From an uncultured Planctomycetota bacterium (GTDB taxonomy: Bacteria > Planctomycetota > Planctomycetia > Isosphaerales > Isosphaeraceae), in the NCBI GenBank assembly GCA_963823665.1, contig CAWGMQ010000010.1:1152001-1216000 (forward strand): DNA of 64,000 nt, read 5' to 3'. Position numbers and translations under genes: made by a program. The notes under the pieces were generated by a model. That model was given only the letters and a program-made list of their open reading frames with translations, was not told where the DNA came from and did not search any database. This document shows, in pieces, positions 20,601-33,567 of the stretch (position 1 is the stretch's first letter; each line of letters begins with the position of its first letter).

Positions 20601-21346
20601 TCTTCGTGTGGGACGTGGCGAGGGCCAAGCCGCTGTTGTCGTGGGTGCGATGGGGCGGGTTTCATGGCTGCGCTCTCTCGCCCGATGGAATCCACGTCGC
20701 CTCGGTGTTCAATTCCGAGAGCCGCGATGAAGCAGCGCTCATCGTTTGGGACGTGGAAACGGACCGGGAGGTGCGGCGGTTCGATCGTCCTTCTTCCGCG
20801 GGCTACACGGACAGCAACATCGCCTTCAGCCCCGACGGAAGCCGAGTTGTGCTGTACGAGCATGGGCCGATACGGAAGGCAGACGTCTTGACGAGCTGGG
20901 ACGTGAGGATGGGGAAGGGGATCTGGGAACGCTCGTTTCCGCCACTCGGCCAGCAGGCCCCGTTGTTGGTTTATAGCCCGGACGGGCGGCGGATTGCCTG
21001 GTGGCACTCCGCGCTCATGGGCGCGCCTGGGGCGGTCGAAATCCTGGATGCCGAGACAGGCAAGCGAGTCGGCGCACTGCGCGAAGGACAGGTGATGAAC
21101 GTCAGGTTCAGTCCAGACGGCCGGCGGATCGCCACATCGCAACAGAACGGCGAAATCATCATCTGGGACGCGGAGTCTTTTCGAGCCCTCGTTGATCTGA
21201 AGCGGCCGGGGAGTGAAGGCCTCCATGTCTTGACGTTTACACCTGAGGGGACCGGCTATTTGCGCTTGCGAGGAACGGGAAGGCTATCGGGATCGTGGAG
21301 AGGGATGGGAGCCCACGAGGTGGTGGTGATCAGTGGTGAAGCATAG
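17619..21346 (+). CDS. Ser/Thr kinase-TM-WD40 protein, frameshift near 19180 and probably near the 3' end
   Basis: Kinase motifs in 17619..19217; DLRGFEWHYW and WD40 repeats in 19226..21346. Confidence 0.9.
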
Positions 21347-21352
21347 GCGCCG

Positions 21353-22634
21353 TCACCGAGCCTTCTCCTCGTTCAACCAGATCTCGGCCTCCAGTCGGCG
21401 GAACTGCACGTCACGAAGGTCGACTTCAGTGCCTTGAGCAATCTCCTTCCGAGCTTTGGCAATCGCCTCTTCCTCCTTCAGGCTGTCGATGTATTTCTCG
21501 AGCGCCGCGACGATCTCGGCCTTCCCGGCTCCCGTCTTGCGAAGCGTTTCCAGCTTGCGGCGTCCCCAAATGGAGAAACGCGGGTCGGCGATACTGATTC
21601 TGGTATTTCGGGCGAAATCATGGATCATGACCAAGGCTTCGTCGATCAGGGCGAGCTGCTGCCTGGCAAGGGCCCGGTTGGCCGCCAGGTCCGGTAAAGC
21701 GGGGGCGCCGCGCCGCGCCGGCTATCGGGGGAGGAGCGGTCTTGGCCTGTTCTCGCGCTTCCTCGGGCGCGGGCTGCTGGCGTCCGTGGACGGCGAACCC
21801 GGCGGTTGCGAGGATCAGGGCCGCGGCGACGGCGACCAGCGGTTTCAGTCTTGCAAGCCACATCATCTGGATCACTCCTTGGGCAAGAACGGTGACCGCG
21901 ACGGGCACAGCGCCGGCGGCGGGAGAACTCGTCACGAATTGGGCGGTATGCTTGATGAGCGCCGCGGGCATCGCGGCCGAGGTTTCGCGGGCAGTCTCGG
22001 CCCAGAGCGCCGCGGCGGAGGGAGCGAGCCCGCGCCGCACCAGGCGGTCGCGCAGCCGCTGTCGCCCGCGGGACAGGCGGCTCTCGACGGTCCCGACCGG
22101 GCAGCCGAGGCGGCGCGCCGCCTCCTCGTGAGGTAGACCCTCCAGGTCGCAAAGTACGACTGCCGCACGTTGACTCTCGGAAAGGCGGCCGATCTCTTCA
22201 TCCAGGATCGCAAGCTGCTCGGAACGGCCCGGATCAGGGGCCGGGCCGGCCACCGCCTCGACCCCGCCGGTCTCGTGCGCCCTCCGGCGCAGGGAGTTGG
22301 CCCGCGCCCGTGCGGCGACGCGGCGGCTGACGCCGTAGAGCCACGGGCCCAGCGAGTCATCGACCCTGACCGCGCTTGCCTTGCGCACCAGCACCAGGAA
22401 CGTCGCCTGAAAGGCGTCGTCTGCGGCGTATCCGTCGGGCAGCAGCCGGCGGCAAACGCCCCAGACCATCGGCCCGTGGCGCTCGATGAGGATGGTGAAC
22501 GCATCCTCCGCCGAGGCTTCGTTCCGATTCACGAACCGGTCCAGAAGTTGCCTGTCGGTCAGCCCGCCGAGTATGCCATTGCTGAAAAGCGTCCCGATGT
22601 CACGGAGCACGCTCGAAGGATCTCCCCCGCTCAT
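21353..22634 (-). CDS. Planctomycete ECF sigma factor with long C-terminal extension (ECF57-like), frameshift near 21710
   Basis: GLTDRQLLDRF, RHGPMVWGVC, DAFQATFLVL, GTVESRLSRGR; tail continues in ORF 21353..21634. Confidence 0.9.
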
Positions 22635-23221
22635 GAGCCTGTCTCCCCTATACCGGCCTACCAATGTCAACATGCACCGACCCGGGAAATCCTTCCAACA
22701 TTCTTCCAGAAAAAAGCGGAAGCGTCTCGCTCATTTCGGGCGGGAGATCGCCAAGGAAGCGCCCGGGGGAAATGAAACGGCGACGCAGAAAGTTGTCTAA
22801 TGGCGACGCGCTTCAAGCAGCAACCCAGCGTTGGCTGGGCGGTTTCAACGCCTCGGCCGATCACGCTCAATTCGAGCTTTCATAGACGTACTTCGGCTTT
22901 TTCTTGTCGGCGGGCGGCACACGGAGTGTGCCTGCTACACAGTGCGCATTCGCTTCCGCTCCGCGGCTCTACTTAGCTCGGGCGCAGCGGGACGGCCGTT
23001 GCGGTACGACAGCGATGATCGGGGCACAGCTCAGCCTCCGAGGCACCGGCTGTTTCCGTTATGCGCCGGAGATGCGAGAATGAGGCGATCGAGGAAATAA
23101 TGCACCTCGGCCGATTCTTTTTTCAGCACAGAAGAATTCTGGAGCAATCTCGTTCTCCGGGCACATTATCTTTCGTGAGCGCAAGGGCGAGGGATGAGGG
23201 CGGGGCCATCGGGGTATTCGC

Positions 23222-24646
23222 ATGGTGAGGAGCGAGCACTCGGTTCTCCGGCATATTCAGACGATCTTCGAATCGGGCACTGTCGGAGACTTGACCGACC
23301 GGCAGCTTCTGGAACGGTTTGTCGGGCGCGACCGTGATATGGCCGAATTGTGCTTCGCCGCGCTCGTCGAGCGGCATGGCCCGATGGTCTTGCGGACGTG
23401 TCAGTCGATCTTGCAGAACCGGCACGATGCGGAGGATGCCTTTCAGGCCACGTTTCTTGTGCTCACCCGTAAGGCGCGATCGCTCTGGATCCGGGACTCG
23501 CTCGGCCCATGGCTTTTTCAGGTTGCAAGACGCGTCGCCGGCTCTGCCCGGACTGAGTCGCTTCGGAGGCTCAATCGCGAGCGAGAAGCGGCCCAGGAAA
23601 CGGCGGAATCGGCGACCGAGACAGCGACCTGGGATGACCAGGGGGCGGTCGTTTGCGAAGAGCTGGGTCGCCTGCCGGATCGATACCGCGCGGCGTTTGT
23701 GCTTTGCGATCTCGAGGGGCTGACGCAGGAACGGGCGGCCGAGCTTCTGGGATTGCCGGCGGGCACCGTACGGAGCCGTCTGGCGCGAGCGCGAGAGCGG
23801 CTACGCGACCGATTGACGCGCCGTGGATTGGCTCCCACGGCATCCGCAGGATTGCCGTGGCTCACCGGAAATGCGGTTGCGCCGGCGGTGCCGGCCGCAC
23901 TTGTCGCGAACACTACTCGCGCCGCCGCGCAGCTCATCACGCAGCAAGTGGCGATGGGCTCAATGGGTTCCATTGGTGCATTAACGGAAGGAGTGCTGAG
24001 CGTCATGTTCTGGAACAAAGTGAAGCTGGTGTCTGGTGTCGTTCTTGCGGCTGGCTTGGTGGGAGGAACGGCGCTGCTGGCGAGCTGGCCGGCGGGCGAA
24101 GAGGAGGGGCCTTTGGCGGTGCAACAGGCCGAGGAAAAGGAGAAGAAGATTGCTGACGGCGAACCTGGTCGGGCGGGATCCGGTGCGCGAGAAGGCAGCG
24201 CATCAGCGGGCTTGACCCGCATTGGTCTGGCCCGGCTGGACGTCGCGAAGAAGCTCCGGGACGAAGAGTATCGCCGGTTTGTGGGGGACGGGCATCGGAC
24301 TTTCATGGAGTTTCTCGCCTGGCACAATCGGTATTACGATGTGATGGGCGAAGTGCTGGTCACGAGCGACGCGGACCGATTGAAGTTTCTCGAACACCGG
24401 ATGGCGAAGTTCAAGCGGCTGGAGGACTTCATCCGCGAAATGTTAAAGGGCGAGAATAAATTCGGGGGGTCGGATCTCCTCGCTGTGGAGCTTGATCGCC
24501 TGGACGTCGAATATCAACTGATGAAGTTGAGGGCAGCGATGCGGGCTGGAGGAGCCGGGCCGGCCGGCAAAGAGTCGAGCGAGCTGATGAAGTTCTTGAA
24601 CGAGGATTTGTGGACGCCGGAAGGGGCGGCAGCGGCGAGGCCGTGA
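23222..24646 (+). CDS. Planctomycete ECF sigma factor with TM helix and C-terminal extension (ECF57-like)
   Basis: LTDRQLLERF, RHGPMVLRTC, DAFQATFLVL, GTVRSRLARAR. Confidence 0.93.
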   Translation: MVRSEHSVLRHIQTIFESGTVGDLTDRQLLERFVGRDRDMAELCFAALVERHGPMVLRTCQSILQNRHDAEDAFQATFLVLTRKARSLWIRDSLGPWLFQVARRVAGSARTESLRRLNREREAAQETAESATETATWDDQGAVVCEELGRLPDRYRAAFVLCDLEGLTQERAAELLGLPAGTVRSRLARARERLRDRLTRRGLAPTASAGLPWLTGNAVAPAVPAALVANTTRAAAQLITQQVAMGSMGSIGALTEGVLSVMFWNKVKLVSGVVLAAGLVGGTALLASWPAGEEEGPLAVQQAEEKEKKIADGEPGRAGSGAREGSASAGLTRIGLARLDVAKKLRDEEYRRFVGDGHRTFMEFLAWHNRYYDVMGEVLVTSDADRLKFLEHRMAKFKRLEDFIREMLKGENKFGGSDLLAVELDRLDVEYQLMKLRAAMRAGGAGPAGKESSELMKFLNEDLWTPEGAAAARP

Positions 24647-24829
24647 GCTTTCGGCAGCTCGGTGTTCACGGAATGTTCCGACCCACGCATTGCTGCTGGC
24701 CTTCTGGCTCCGATGAGCCGGCGATGGTACACTGACCTGGTCAGATGCGACGAGTCTCTGACCGAGGTATTCCGGGTGATTGTCACGCGGGACATCGTAA
24801 GCTAGTGGCAACGCGGGGGAGGGGCGTTC

Positions 24830-25102
24830 ATGGCGTCGGCAGATACGATCCGTGCTGCATGGCAGGCTCAACCATTCCAGCCATTCGCGCTGCGGCTTGT
24901 TGATGGGACGCAGTATGAGGTTAACGGCCGGGAATGGCTTTCGCTTCCGCCGTCGCCACGGGCCAGTGAGGTTCTGTACTACGTCGCCGTACCGGGTGAG
25001 CCCGATCGGTTTCAACACCGATTTATCGACCTCAATCTGATAGCCGAGGTGATTCTCACGAGTCCGGCCAAGCCGGGACCTCCGGCGAACGGGCCCACGT
25101 GA
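24830..25102 (+). CDS. Small conserved hypothetical protein
   Basis: GGAGG RBS; QPFQPFALRLVDGTQYEV motif. Confidence 0.7.
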   Translation: MASADTIRAAWQAQPFQPFALRLVDGTQYEVNGREWLSLPPSPRASEVLYYVAVPGEPDRFQHRFIDLNLIAEVILTSPAKPGPPANGPT

Positions 25103-25185
25103 GGCGATGCGTGCCGAGAAGGCGTTGCTCGCGGTGCCCCGGCGAGTCCGCACGAAACGCTTCCTCACAAACGCGCAATCACCGG

Positions 25186-27273
25186 TCACCGCGGCGGACT
25201 CAGCTTCAGGAACGGTGAGCCGCTTGAGTAGAGGAAGCCGTTTCCTGGGTAGTATGACGAGACGATGTGGTGAGCTACGGCTGAAAGTCGCATGTTCATG
25301 TGCGCGGTTCCGGATCTCAGTTTGAGCTTCCTGAAATGGTATGTCCCGAGGCTGAGGGTGACGGTACCTGTGGGAACGCCGGCCGCGGGATCTACCGGCG
25401 ATACAATCACCGTGAGGCCGACCCATGGCGTGCCGTCGGTGAGGAATCGCCTGGCGAAGACCTGGGTCGTGGTTGCCAGATTCGGCGCGACGATTTCGAC
25501 GAGCGGAGTTGAAGAACTTTTTGCGAGCACGAGTGTGCCGTCGTAGTTAGCCACGATCGGGTGCGGTCCGTTTGTTGTAAACGGCACCGTGAGCGTGGCC
25601 ACGCCCTGTCCATCGACGGGTACGGTTCCCAGGGCCTCGTTGGTGGACTGGTCGAGGAACGTCACCGTGCCGCTCGGGGCCGGCAAGCCCGGTCCCTGAG
25701 GCGTGACAATCGCCGTGAAGGTCACGGGAACCCCGGGCGAGACGGGATTGGCGGAGCTATAGAGTACTGTAGCCGTGGGCGCAGGTGCCGTGACGACGGT
25801 CTGCGTCAGCGTGGAGGACAGCCGTGCTTCGGTGTTCCGATCGCCGTTGTAGAGTGCGGCGATCGTGTAACTGCCTGGTGGCAGGTCCTTGACCGTCAGT
25901 GTGGCGCTGCCTGCCGGGTTCATTGGAACGGTGCCGAGTATCAGGCCTGGAAAGGCCGGCGACGATGACGTTGCAGGAACGATCACCTCGAATGTCACGG
26001 TGCCGGTCGGTATGGCCTGGCCGTTTGGTGCTGGGGTGAGATCTGCCTCGAGCGTGATGTCCTGGCCGACCGTGCTCATCGTTGCCGAAGAGCTGAACGT
26101 GATCGACGGCTGGGAGGATTCGGCGTAGTTCACGATGTCGGCGTCGGTCACAGGCGTCACTTCCTGTGCGCCTTCGAGGGTATTGATCGTGTTGACGATG
26201 GCCTGCGTGAAAAGTCCCTGCACGATCGTGCCGGGGTGGAAGCCATCGCCGATGAAGCCGTCGGTGTAGTCCTGGCCGGCGCCCTCCATGTTCACGGTCA
26301 CGCCATCGATGACGGGGTCGGCGATGAACTGGTCGATGATCGTGGTGGAGTTGATCAGGCCGACGGCCGGATTGCCCTGGTACGTCGTTGCGAGATTCAG
26401 GTCGAGTGCGTCGATCTTCTCACCGATGATCATCTGCAAGGCGGGCAAGGCGCTGCCGGCTTCGTCCTGGATCAGCGGAGCCACGGTGATGTTGGGGGTA
26501 GTGATCACCACGAACTTGATGTTTGGGTTTCCGGCTGCGGTGGCGGCAGTTTGAATCGTATTGATGGCAGAGGAGATTGCGTTTTCGATATTCGTGTTGG
26601 CGGTGTCGAAGACACTCGTGTCGAGCTTGTTGGTTTGGTCGGTGTAGGCCGCGAGGGCGGCGTTGTAGTCGTTGGCACCGATCAGGATGGTTACCACGTT
26701 GATCTGGCCGATCGGGATGTCGGGACTGATCTGGGTGACGAGCCCGGGCGTGGGGTCTACTCCTTGGGAGAACTCGGGGGGAATTCCGTTGTATTCCTCC
26801 TCGAAGGTGGTGGCTGTTCCGGAGACGTCGGGTCCCGAGGCGGTTGTGCCGTTCTCGGCCCAGTTCTCCTGGTAACCCTGGTTTCGGGTCATGCCACGCG
26901 ACGCGGTCGTGAAATTGCCGAAGGAGAGCTGCGAGGAGAGAGTGGCTCCGATCTGTTCGACGAAGTTGCGGGCGGTGTCGCGGCCGGTGAGGTAGATGTT
27001 CGGGGGGAGGGTGCTGGCTTCAGAGGCGAGAATGGCCGGGTAGGACGGAAGGGTCGGGGTGGCGGCGCCGTAGAACTGGTATTCGTCGGTGAGGCTGTCG
27101 CCAAGGGAGGCGATGATGAGGGGCGCGGAGGCGTCTGCGAGGAGGGTGCGGGGTTCCATGGGCTCGAGTGAGGGGCGGAGGCGGCGGCGAGCGGGTTGAA
27201 TTCGATCTCCGGTATTGAGTCGATGGGGTTCCGGTGCGGCTGCGTTGGGCCACGCTCTGAGCTTCTGAATCAT
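25186..27273 (-). CDS. Secreted SGNH/GDSL hydrolase-like protein with Ig-like (Big_3) domains
   Basis: RPSLEPMEPRTLL leader, LGDSL, IGAND, DGFHP, PTGTVTF Ig repeats. Confidence 0.88.
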   Translation of the reverse strand: MIQKLRAWPNAAAPEPHRLNTGDRIQPARRRLRPSLEPMEPRTLLADASAPLIIASLGDSLTDEYQFYGAATPTLPSYPAILASEASTLPPNIYLTGRDTARNFVEQIGATLSSQLSFGNFTTASRGMTRNQGYQENWAENGTTASGPDVSGTATTFEEEYNGIPPEFSQGVDPTPGLVTQISPDIPIGQINVVTILIGANDYNAALAAYTDQTNKLDTSVFDTANTNIENAISSAINTIQTAATAAGNPNIKFVVITTPNITVAPLIQDEAGSALPALQMIIGEKIDALDLNLATTYQGNPAVGLINSTTIIDQFIADPVIDGVTVNMEGAGQDYTDGFIGDGFHPGTIVQGLFTQAIVNTINTLEGAQEVTPVTDADIVNYAESSQPSITFSSSATMSTVGQDITLEADLTPAPNGQAIPTGTVTFEVIVPATSSSPAFPGLILGTVPMNPAGSATLTVKDLPPGSYTIAALYNGDRNTEARLSSTLTQTVVTAPAPTATVLYSSANPVSPGVPVTFTAIVTPQGPGLPAPSGTVTFLDQSTNEALGTVPVDGQGVATLTVPFTTNGPHPIVANYDGTLVLAKSSSTPLVEIVAPNLATTTQVFARRFLTDGTPWVGLTVIVSPVDPAAGVPTGTVTLSLGTYHFRKLKLRSGTAHMNMRLSAVAHHIVSSYYPGNGFLYSSGSPFLKLSPPR

Positions 27274-27751
27274 GTCCGTGACCTCGATGGTATTCGGCGC
27301 GGGTTGTGGTCGGTGGGCCGAACACGTTGGGGCGGCAAAGCCGATGCTCGATTTTTGCAAGCATAGAACACGCCTTTTTGAGTGAGGGCAAATTTATACC
27401 CTTGCAATCGCAGTTTCGGAGTAATACGATCAGCCGGCTGAGTCGTAGCCGCGCATCATGGTCGTGCCATCCGGCAAAGTTCGGGTTCGAGCGTCGCGTC
27501 GAAGCACCCCGTCTCATCATCGATCGCTTCGCGACTCTTCTTGCTTCGGTTCGTCCCCCGTATGGAGGGCGGCCAGGACAATACTCGTGCCTTCATTTTC
27601 TGATCCCGATCTGCGGGCATCGTTCATTCCCGGTGAGCGCACATCTTCGAGTCGAACCCTGACGGGGGATTCTTTGTTTTCCCTCAAGAAATGCTGTCGA
27701 TCCAGGGTTCAAATCACAACATGCCGGTCGATTCATAGTGAGACGTAACGC

Positions 27752-30700
27752 ATGCGGAAATCGAGATGGAGCAGTACCAGCAACCATGGGCCCAAACGCG
27801 AACGGCCGGTTTCCCGGCTGGTTCTGGAGTTACTCGAGGAGCGTTGCCTGCTTGCGACGAATATCACGCAATATCACGTTGACTCCCAGTCGACCGGGGC
27901 CGACCTGACCGAAACGCAATTGACGCCCTCGAACGTCAATGCCGCCGATTTCGGCCAACTGTACCAACACCCCATTGGACGGCCAGGTCTATGCGGAGCC
28001 CCTGGTTCTGACCAACGTCACCATTGCGGACGGCCCGAACACCATTGGCACGCCCGGCACGTATGATTCGGTCGTTTTTGTCGCGACTGAAAACGACTCC
28101 CTCTACGCCATCAACGCCGCCAGCGGCGCGATCCTCTGGCAACGCACGTTCCTGGATACCACGAACTCCAACGACTCTCTTCCCGGTGCGACTTCCGTTT
28201 CCACGGTTTCAAGCAACGACGTCAGCTCAGACGATATCTACCCCGAAATCGGCATCACCGGCACGCCGGTAATCGACGCGTCCACGAACATCCTCTACGT
28301 CTCCGTTGCCACGAAGGAACTCGTCGGCACCACGACCCATTTCGTGCAGCGGCTGCACGCCATCAATGTTGGCGATGGCACCGACGCGGCCCCGTCTTTC
28401 CTCACGGGCGACACGACAAACGATAACACCAATAACACGCCGATCTACGTGAGCGGCACGGGCGACGGCAATGTCGGGGGCGTGGTTCAGTTCAACGCGT
28501 TGCACGAGGCCGATCGTCCAGCACTCAGCCTGGTCAACGGTATCGTCTATGAAGAATGGGCTTCGCACGGCGACGTCGGCCCTTACCATGGCTGGGTCGT
28601 CGCATGGAACGTCACCGATTTGTCGACGAAGGGGATGGTTCTTTCCGGGGTATTGTGCACGGACCCGAATGGTGGCGAAGGGGGCATCTGGGGCGGTGGA
28701 GGCGGACTCACCTTCGATCCCGACGAGAACCTTCAACGGGCAACCCGCTTTTTACTTTGAAACCGGCAACGGCGACCCCCGCGGCGGCAATCCGCCGCTC
28801 GATAGCAATGGTTTCCCCGCCGACGATGACTACTACGAATCCCTAGTCAAGGTCGAGGCCGATCCGACCACCACCGCGGCCAACCAGAATTCCAATGGCT
28901 GGGGCCTGAAGATCGTCGACTACTTCACGCCCTACAACGTGAATGCGCTCGACGACGCCGACGAGGATTTCGGCTCCGGCTCGCCCCTGGTGCTGCCCGA
29001 CTCGGCCGGCATCCCGGGCCATCCGCACCTTATCGTGGCCGCAGGCAAGCAAGGCACGATCTATCTGATCGACCGCGACGACATGGGGAAGTTCAACGCC
29101 AACGACGACAACGTGCTGAACTCGGTATCGAACCCGGTCACCGGCATAACCACCCCGCCCGTGCTGATCAATGGATCCCTGAGCACGCCGGCCTACTATC
29201 ACGGCACGCTTTACTGGGTGGCGGGCTACAACAGCAATGCCTGGTCGTACATTGTGGCCCCCAACCCGGCGCCGGACCCGCCCACCGTTCCCGTCGCTAC
29301 CCTCGAGCCAACCTCGGAAACAGCGAACAACAATTTCGGCTATCTTCCCGGATCGGTGATGATTTCGGCCGACGGGAGTGAGGACCCTGCGGGCGGCATT
29401 GCCTGGATTATGGACCTCAACAACGACGAACTCCATGCCTATAGCACCCTGTCTCTCAGCACCGAATTGTGGAACAGCGGGCCGGGCAGCATCGCAGGGG
29501 TCAAGTTCGCGGTGCCGACGGTGGCCAATGGCCAGGTATTCGTCGGGACGCAGAACAGCGTGCAAGTCTTCGGGATCACGGGACCGAGCACGCCGGCCCA
29601 GGCGCCCAACGCTCCGAGCAACTTGAGCGCACAGACGCTATCAGGCTCGGCCATCCAATTGAACTGGACCGACGGCACGGCCTCGCCGAACTTCGCCACC
29701 AGCTACGCCATTCAGGAATCCTTGAATGGCGTGAATTACGCCACGGTGGCCAACGCCGGCCAGGAGTCGACGAGCTACACGGTCACCGGCCTGAACCAGA
29801 ACACGACTTATCATTTCCAGATCGTGGGAAGTAATTCGGCTGGTTCATCCGGCCCTTCCAACTTCACGACGGCCACGACGACCAACCAGACGGGCCAGAC
29901 GCCGACTGCCCCCCAGGGCCTTGGCGCCACGCCTGCCAGCGGTTCGGAAGTCTATCTGACCTGGACCAACACGGCTACCAACGAGAACCGGCTTCACCCT
30001 GACGCGCACGACGAACGCCCTGTTCACGCAAAACGTCGTCACCGAGACGCTTGCCTCGGCACCTTACTACTACACGGACGGGGCCGCCGGCCTGAGCCCC
30101 GGCCAGACCTATTACTACAAGCTGCAAGCCAGCAACTCTTCCGGTTCTTCGAGCATCTCGAACACGGCGTCGGTGAACATTCCCAATGTGCCGCCAGCGC
30201 CCTCGGGCGCCATGGCCGTGCAAAGCGGCAACACGATCGTGCTGAGCTGGACCGACCACGCCGGACCGTTTGCTCTGGGCTACCAGATTTCCCGATCCGT
30301 TGATGGCGGGCCCTATGCCATCTATGCCGATCGGCCCGAGACCAGCGATTCCCCTCCCTCGACGCAAACATTCACGGATACCAATGTTCCCTTGGGCCAC
30401 ACTTACAGCTACGAAATCGTGGCGGAAAACGTTTCCGGTTTCAGCGCTCTCGCGTACGCCACGGTGAGTGTGCTCGGCACTGCCACCGTGTCGCTCGATC
30501 ACGCGGGCAAGCTGTTACTCACGGTTGCTCCGGGCGCTCCAGACCGGCTCAGCATCCGGCTCGCGAACGGCATCTACACGCTTGCGGACCCGGCGGTGAC
30601 CATTGCAGTGACCGGCGCGGGAGCGGGTTTCGTCACCACAGCCGGTACTTCCACGGTGACCATCCTGGCCACCCATGTGACGGCCATGACGCTGGACACC

Positions 30701-33492
30701 TCCGACGATAACATGGACACCATCCGCATCATTTCCGACGCCGTTCCCATCACCATCACTGCCGATTCCGGTGGCGGCAAGCCTGTCATCGACCTCGGCG
30801 ACCCGGCGAAGAATGAATTGATCAGCGGCACCATCACCAACGCGGGCAACGGCGCTCTGTCGATTTCAGGCTCGGGCACGACGATCATCACCGGCAATCT
30901 CATTTCTCAGGGGAGCGGGGGCGTCACCCTGGCTGGCAGTGGCACCATCAAGATTGCCGGCAGCATCAACCTGGGCCCGGCGGGCAACCTCATCGATTCC
31001 GGTTCCGGCCCGGCGACGATCAGCGGCACCATCATCGGCGAAGCCACCTCGGGGCTCGACCATGCCCAGGGACTCACCGGCAGGTATTTCAACCTGAACG
31101 CGGCCCAGAACCTGATCCAGCCCGCTGACGCGGGCAATTCTGCCTGGCTGGGAAATCAAACCCCGGTCGTGACCGCGCAACTCGCCGGGCCGATTGACTT
31201 CCCGGACATCGCGGACAATGGGTTCGCGGATAGCGTGGGCAACCCTGCCTACTACAATCTCGGCGCCGGCAACAATAACAACGTCGAGGCGCGCTGGTAT
31301 GGGCAGATTTTGATCCCTGGCACGGGCACCGCTCCGGTACCCATTAACTTCGCGACCACCAGCGACGACGGCAGCATGCTTTACATCGATGGCAATGCGG
31401 TGGTTAACAACAACAATTTTCAGGGGGCCACGCAGGCAACAGGCATGGCGAATCTGACCCCGGGCGTCCACAACATTGACGTCGAATACTACCAGGGGGG
31501 CGGCGGCGCCACCATGGACGCGCAGTGGGACCCCTCGGGCGGCACCAACTTTGTGGATATTCCCAATTCGGCCTTTTCCAGTATCGAGTCCGTTAACGGC
31601 GTGACAATGAATGGTACCGGCACGTTGACCCTCTCCCATTCCAACACTTACTCCGGGTCAACCACGATCAATTCCGGCACCCTGGTCGCGGCCGCGAATG
31701 GCGCCATGGGACCGGCCACTGCCGCAGGCATCTTCGTGAATGCGGGCGGCGCCCTGGCATTTACCGGCGGCGTTTACTATTCCATTGCGGAACCGATTAC
31801 CATCAGCGGCTCCGGTCCGGCCGGCGAAGGCGCCATCGAGAATCTGAGCGGCGCGAACACGCTTGCCATCCCGGTCACCGTGCCCGGCACGGCGGTGATT
31901 GGCTCGGTTGCCGGCAGCATGATGTTCGCCAGCAATATCACTTGCCAGGGTACGGGCGTTACCCTCACTGGCGCCGGCGCGATCCGCGTCGCCGGCAATA
32001 TCAACCTGGGCCCGGAGGGCAACCTCACCGTTTCCAGTTCCGGCCAGGACACGATTACCGGTACGCTCGGCGGCACTGCCACATCGGGATCCGTCCAGGG
32101 ACTCACCGGCACGTATTTCAACCTGACCGCGGCCCAGAACCTGATCCAGCCCGCTGACGCGGGCAATTCCGCCTGGCTGGGAAATCAAACGCCGGTCGTG
32201 ACCGTGCAACTCGCCGGGCCGATTGACTTCCCGGACATCGCGGACAATGGGTTCGCGGATAGCGTGGGCAACCCTGCCTACTACAATCTCGGCGCCGGCA
32301 ACAATAACAACGTCGAGGCGCGCTGGTATGGGCAGATTTTGATCCCTGGCACGGGCACCGCTGGGGTACCCATTAACTTCGCCACCACCAGCGACGACGG
32401 CAGCATGCTTTATATCGATGGCAATGCGGTGGTTAACAACAACAATTTTCAGGGGGCCACGCAGGCAACAGGCATGGCGAATCTGACCCCGGGCGTCCAC
32501 AACATTGACGTCGAATACTACCAGGGGGGCGGCGGCGCCACCATGGACGCGCAGTGGGACCCCTCGGGCGGCACCAACTTCGTGGATATTCCCAATTCGG
32601 CCTTTTTCGAGCCCATCAATAGCCTGTTGATGACGGGCACCGGCACGCTCGCCCTTTCGAAAACTGACACCTATCTCGGGTCAACTACCGTCAACTCGGG
32701 CAAACTTGTGGTCAACGGCAGTTTGCTCGAGAGCGCCGTCACGGTTGCTGGCGGCGGTACCTTGGGCGGCGATGGCAAGGTCCTGGCTACGACCGTTCAA
32801 AGCGGCGGTGTCCTGTCTCCCGGCGATTCCCCCGGGAACTTCACTACGGGAAGCCTGTCCCTGGCGGCGGGTGCCACTTTCAACGAAGAGCTGGGAGGCA
32901 AGACCGCTGGAACGCAATACGACCAGACGGTCATACCGGCCGGCGGCACCGTCGCCCTTGACAACGCGACCCTGAACATCTCATTCCTGCGCGGCTTCGT
33001 GCCGACGGTCGGCCAGCAATTCACCATCATTCACAACCAGAGCGGCAGCAGCGTCTTCGGGACATTCAGTCAGGGCAGCACATATACCACCCCAGGCTAC
33101 AGCTTCGGGATCAACTACGCAGGGGCGCTGGTCACGATGTGGTCCTGACCGTGCTTCCCCAGAGCGTCGGCGGTCAGGTCAGCGTTAACGAGTCGGGCGT
33201 GGTCCATGACCGCGCTAAGCAGTTGCTGGGCGGCACCACTACCGTTGCCAAGCCGGGCACGACAATCCTCGTCGGGGCTCCGGAGTTTGAAGCGACGGGC
33301 CCTCCGGCTGGTGTGGTTCCGGCGAGCGCCAGCGGCATCGCACGGGTGGGCACTCCTTACATATCGATCAATCTTGCCTACGGTGTACTGGCCCCGGACC
33401 AATCGAGCACGTTCACAGTCCCGTTCAAGAATCCGAAACGATGGTCGTTCGCGTATGGCATCCTCACCTTTGACGAGGATGCCAGCAGCTAG
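27752..33492 (+). CDS. Giant secreted protein (beta-propeller, FN3 x3, PA14 x2, autotransporter-type beta repeats); about 4 frameshifts
   Basis: LELLEERCLLA leader; DGQVYAEPL; APSNLSA..LNWTD; TSDDGSMLYIDG twice; GTLTLSHSNTYSGSTTINSGTL; consecutive overlapping ORFs. Confidence 0.85.
31066..32606. repeat. Near-identical ~510-bp internal duplication (31066..31577 and 32095..32606) of a PA14 domain
   Basis: Constant in-frame offset of 1029 bp with few substitutions. Confidence 0.92.
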
Positions 33493-33567
33493 CGTGATTG
33501 AGCTATGGTTGCGGGGACACCATATAGATTGGTTGACCGCTGGCAGTGCGATTGGTACCCTTTTGCA

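Noticed and set aside
31066..32606. PA14 duplication as a mobile element or DGR
   Set aside because: In-frame coding duplication with no element ends
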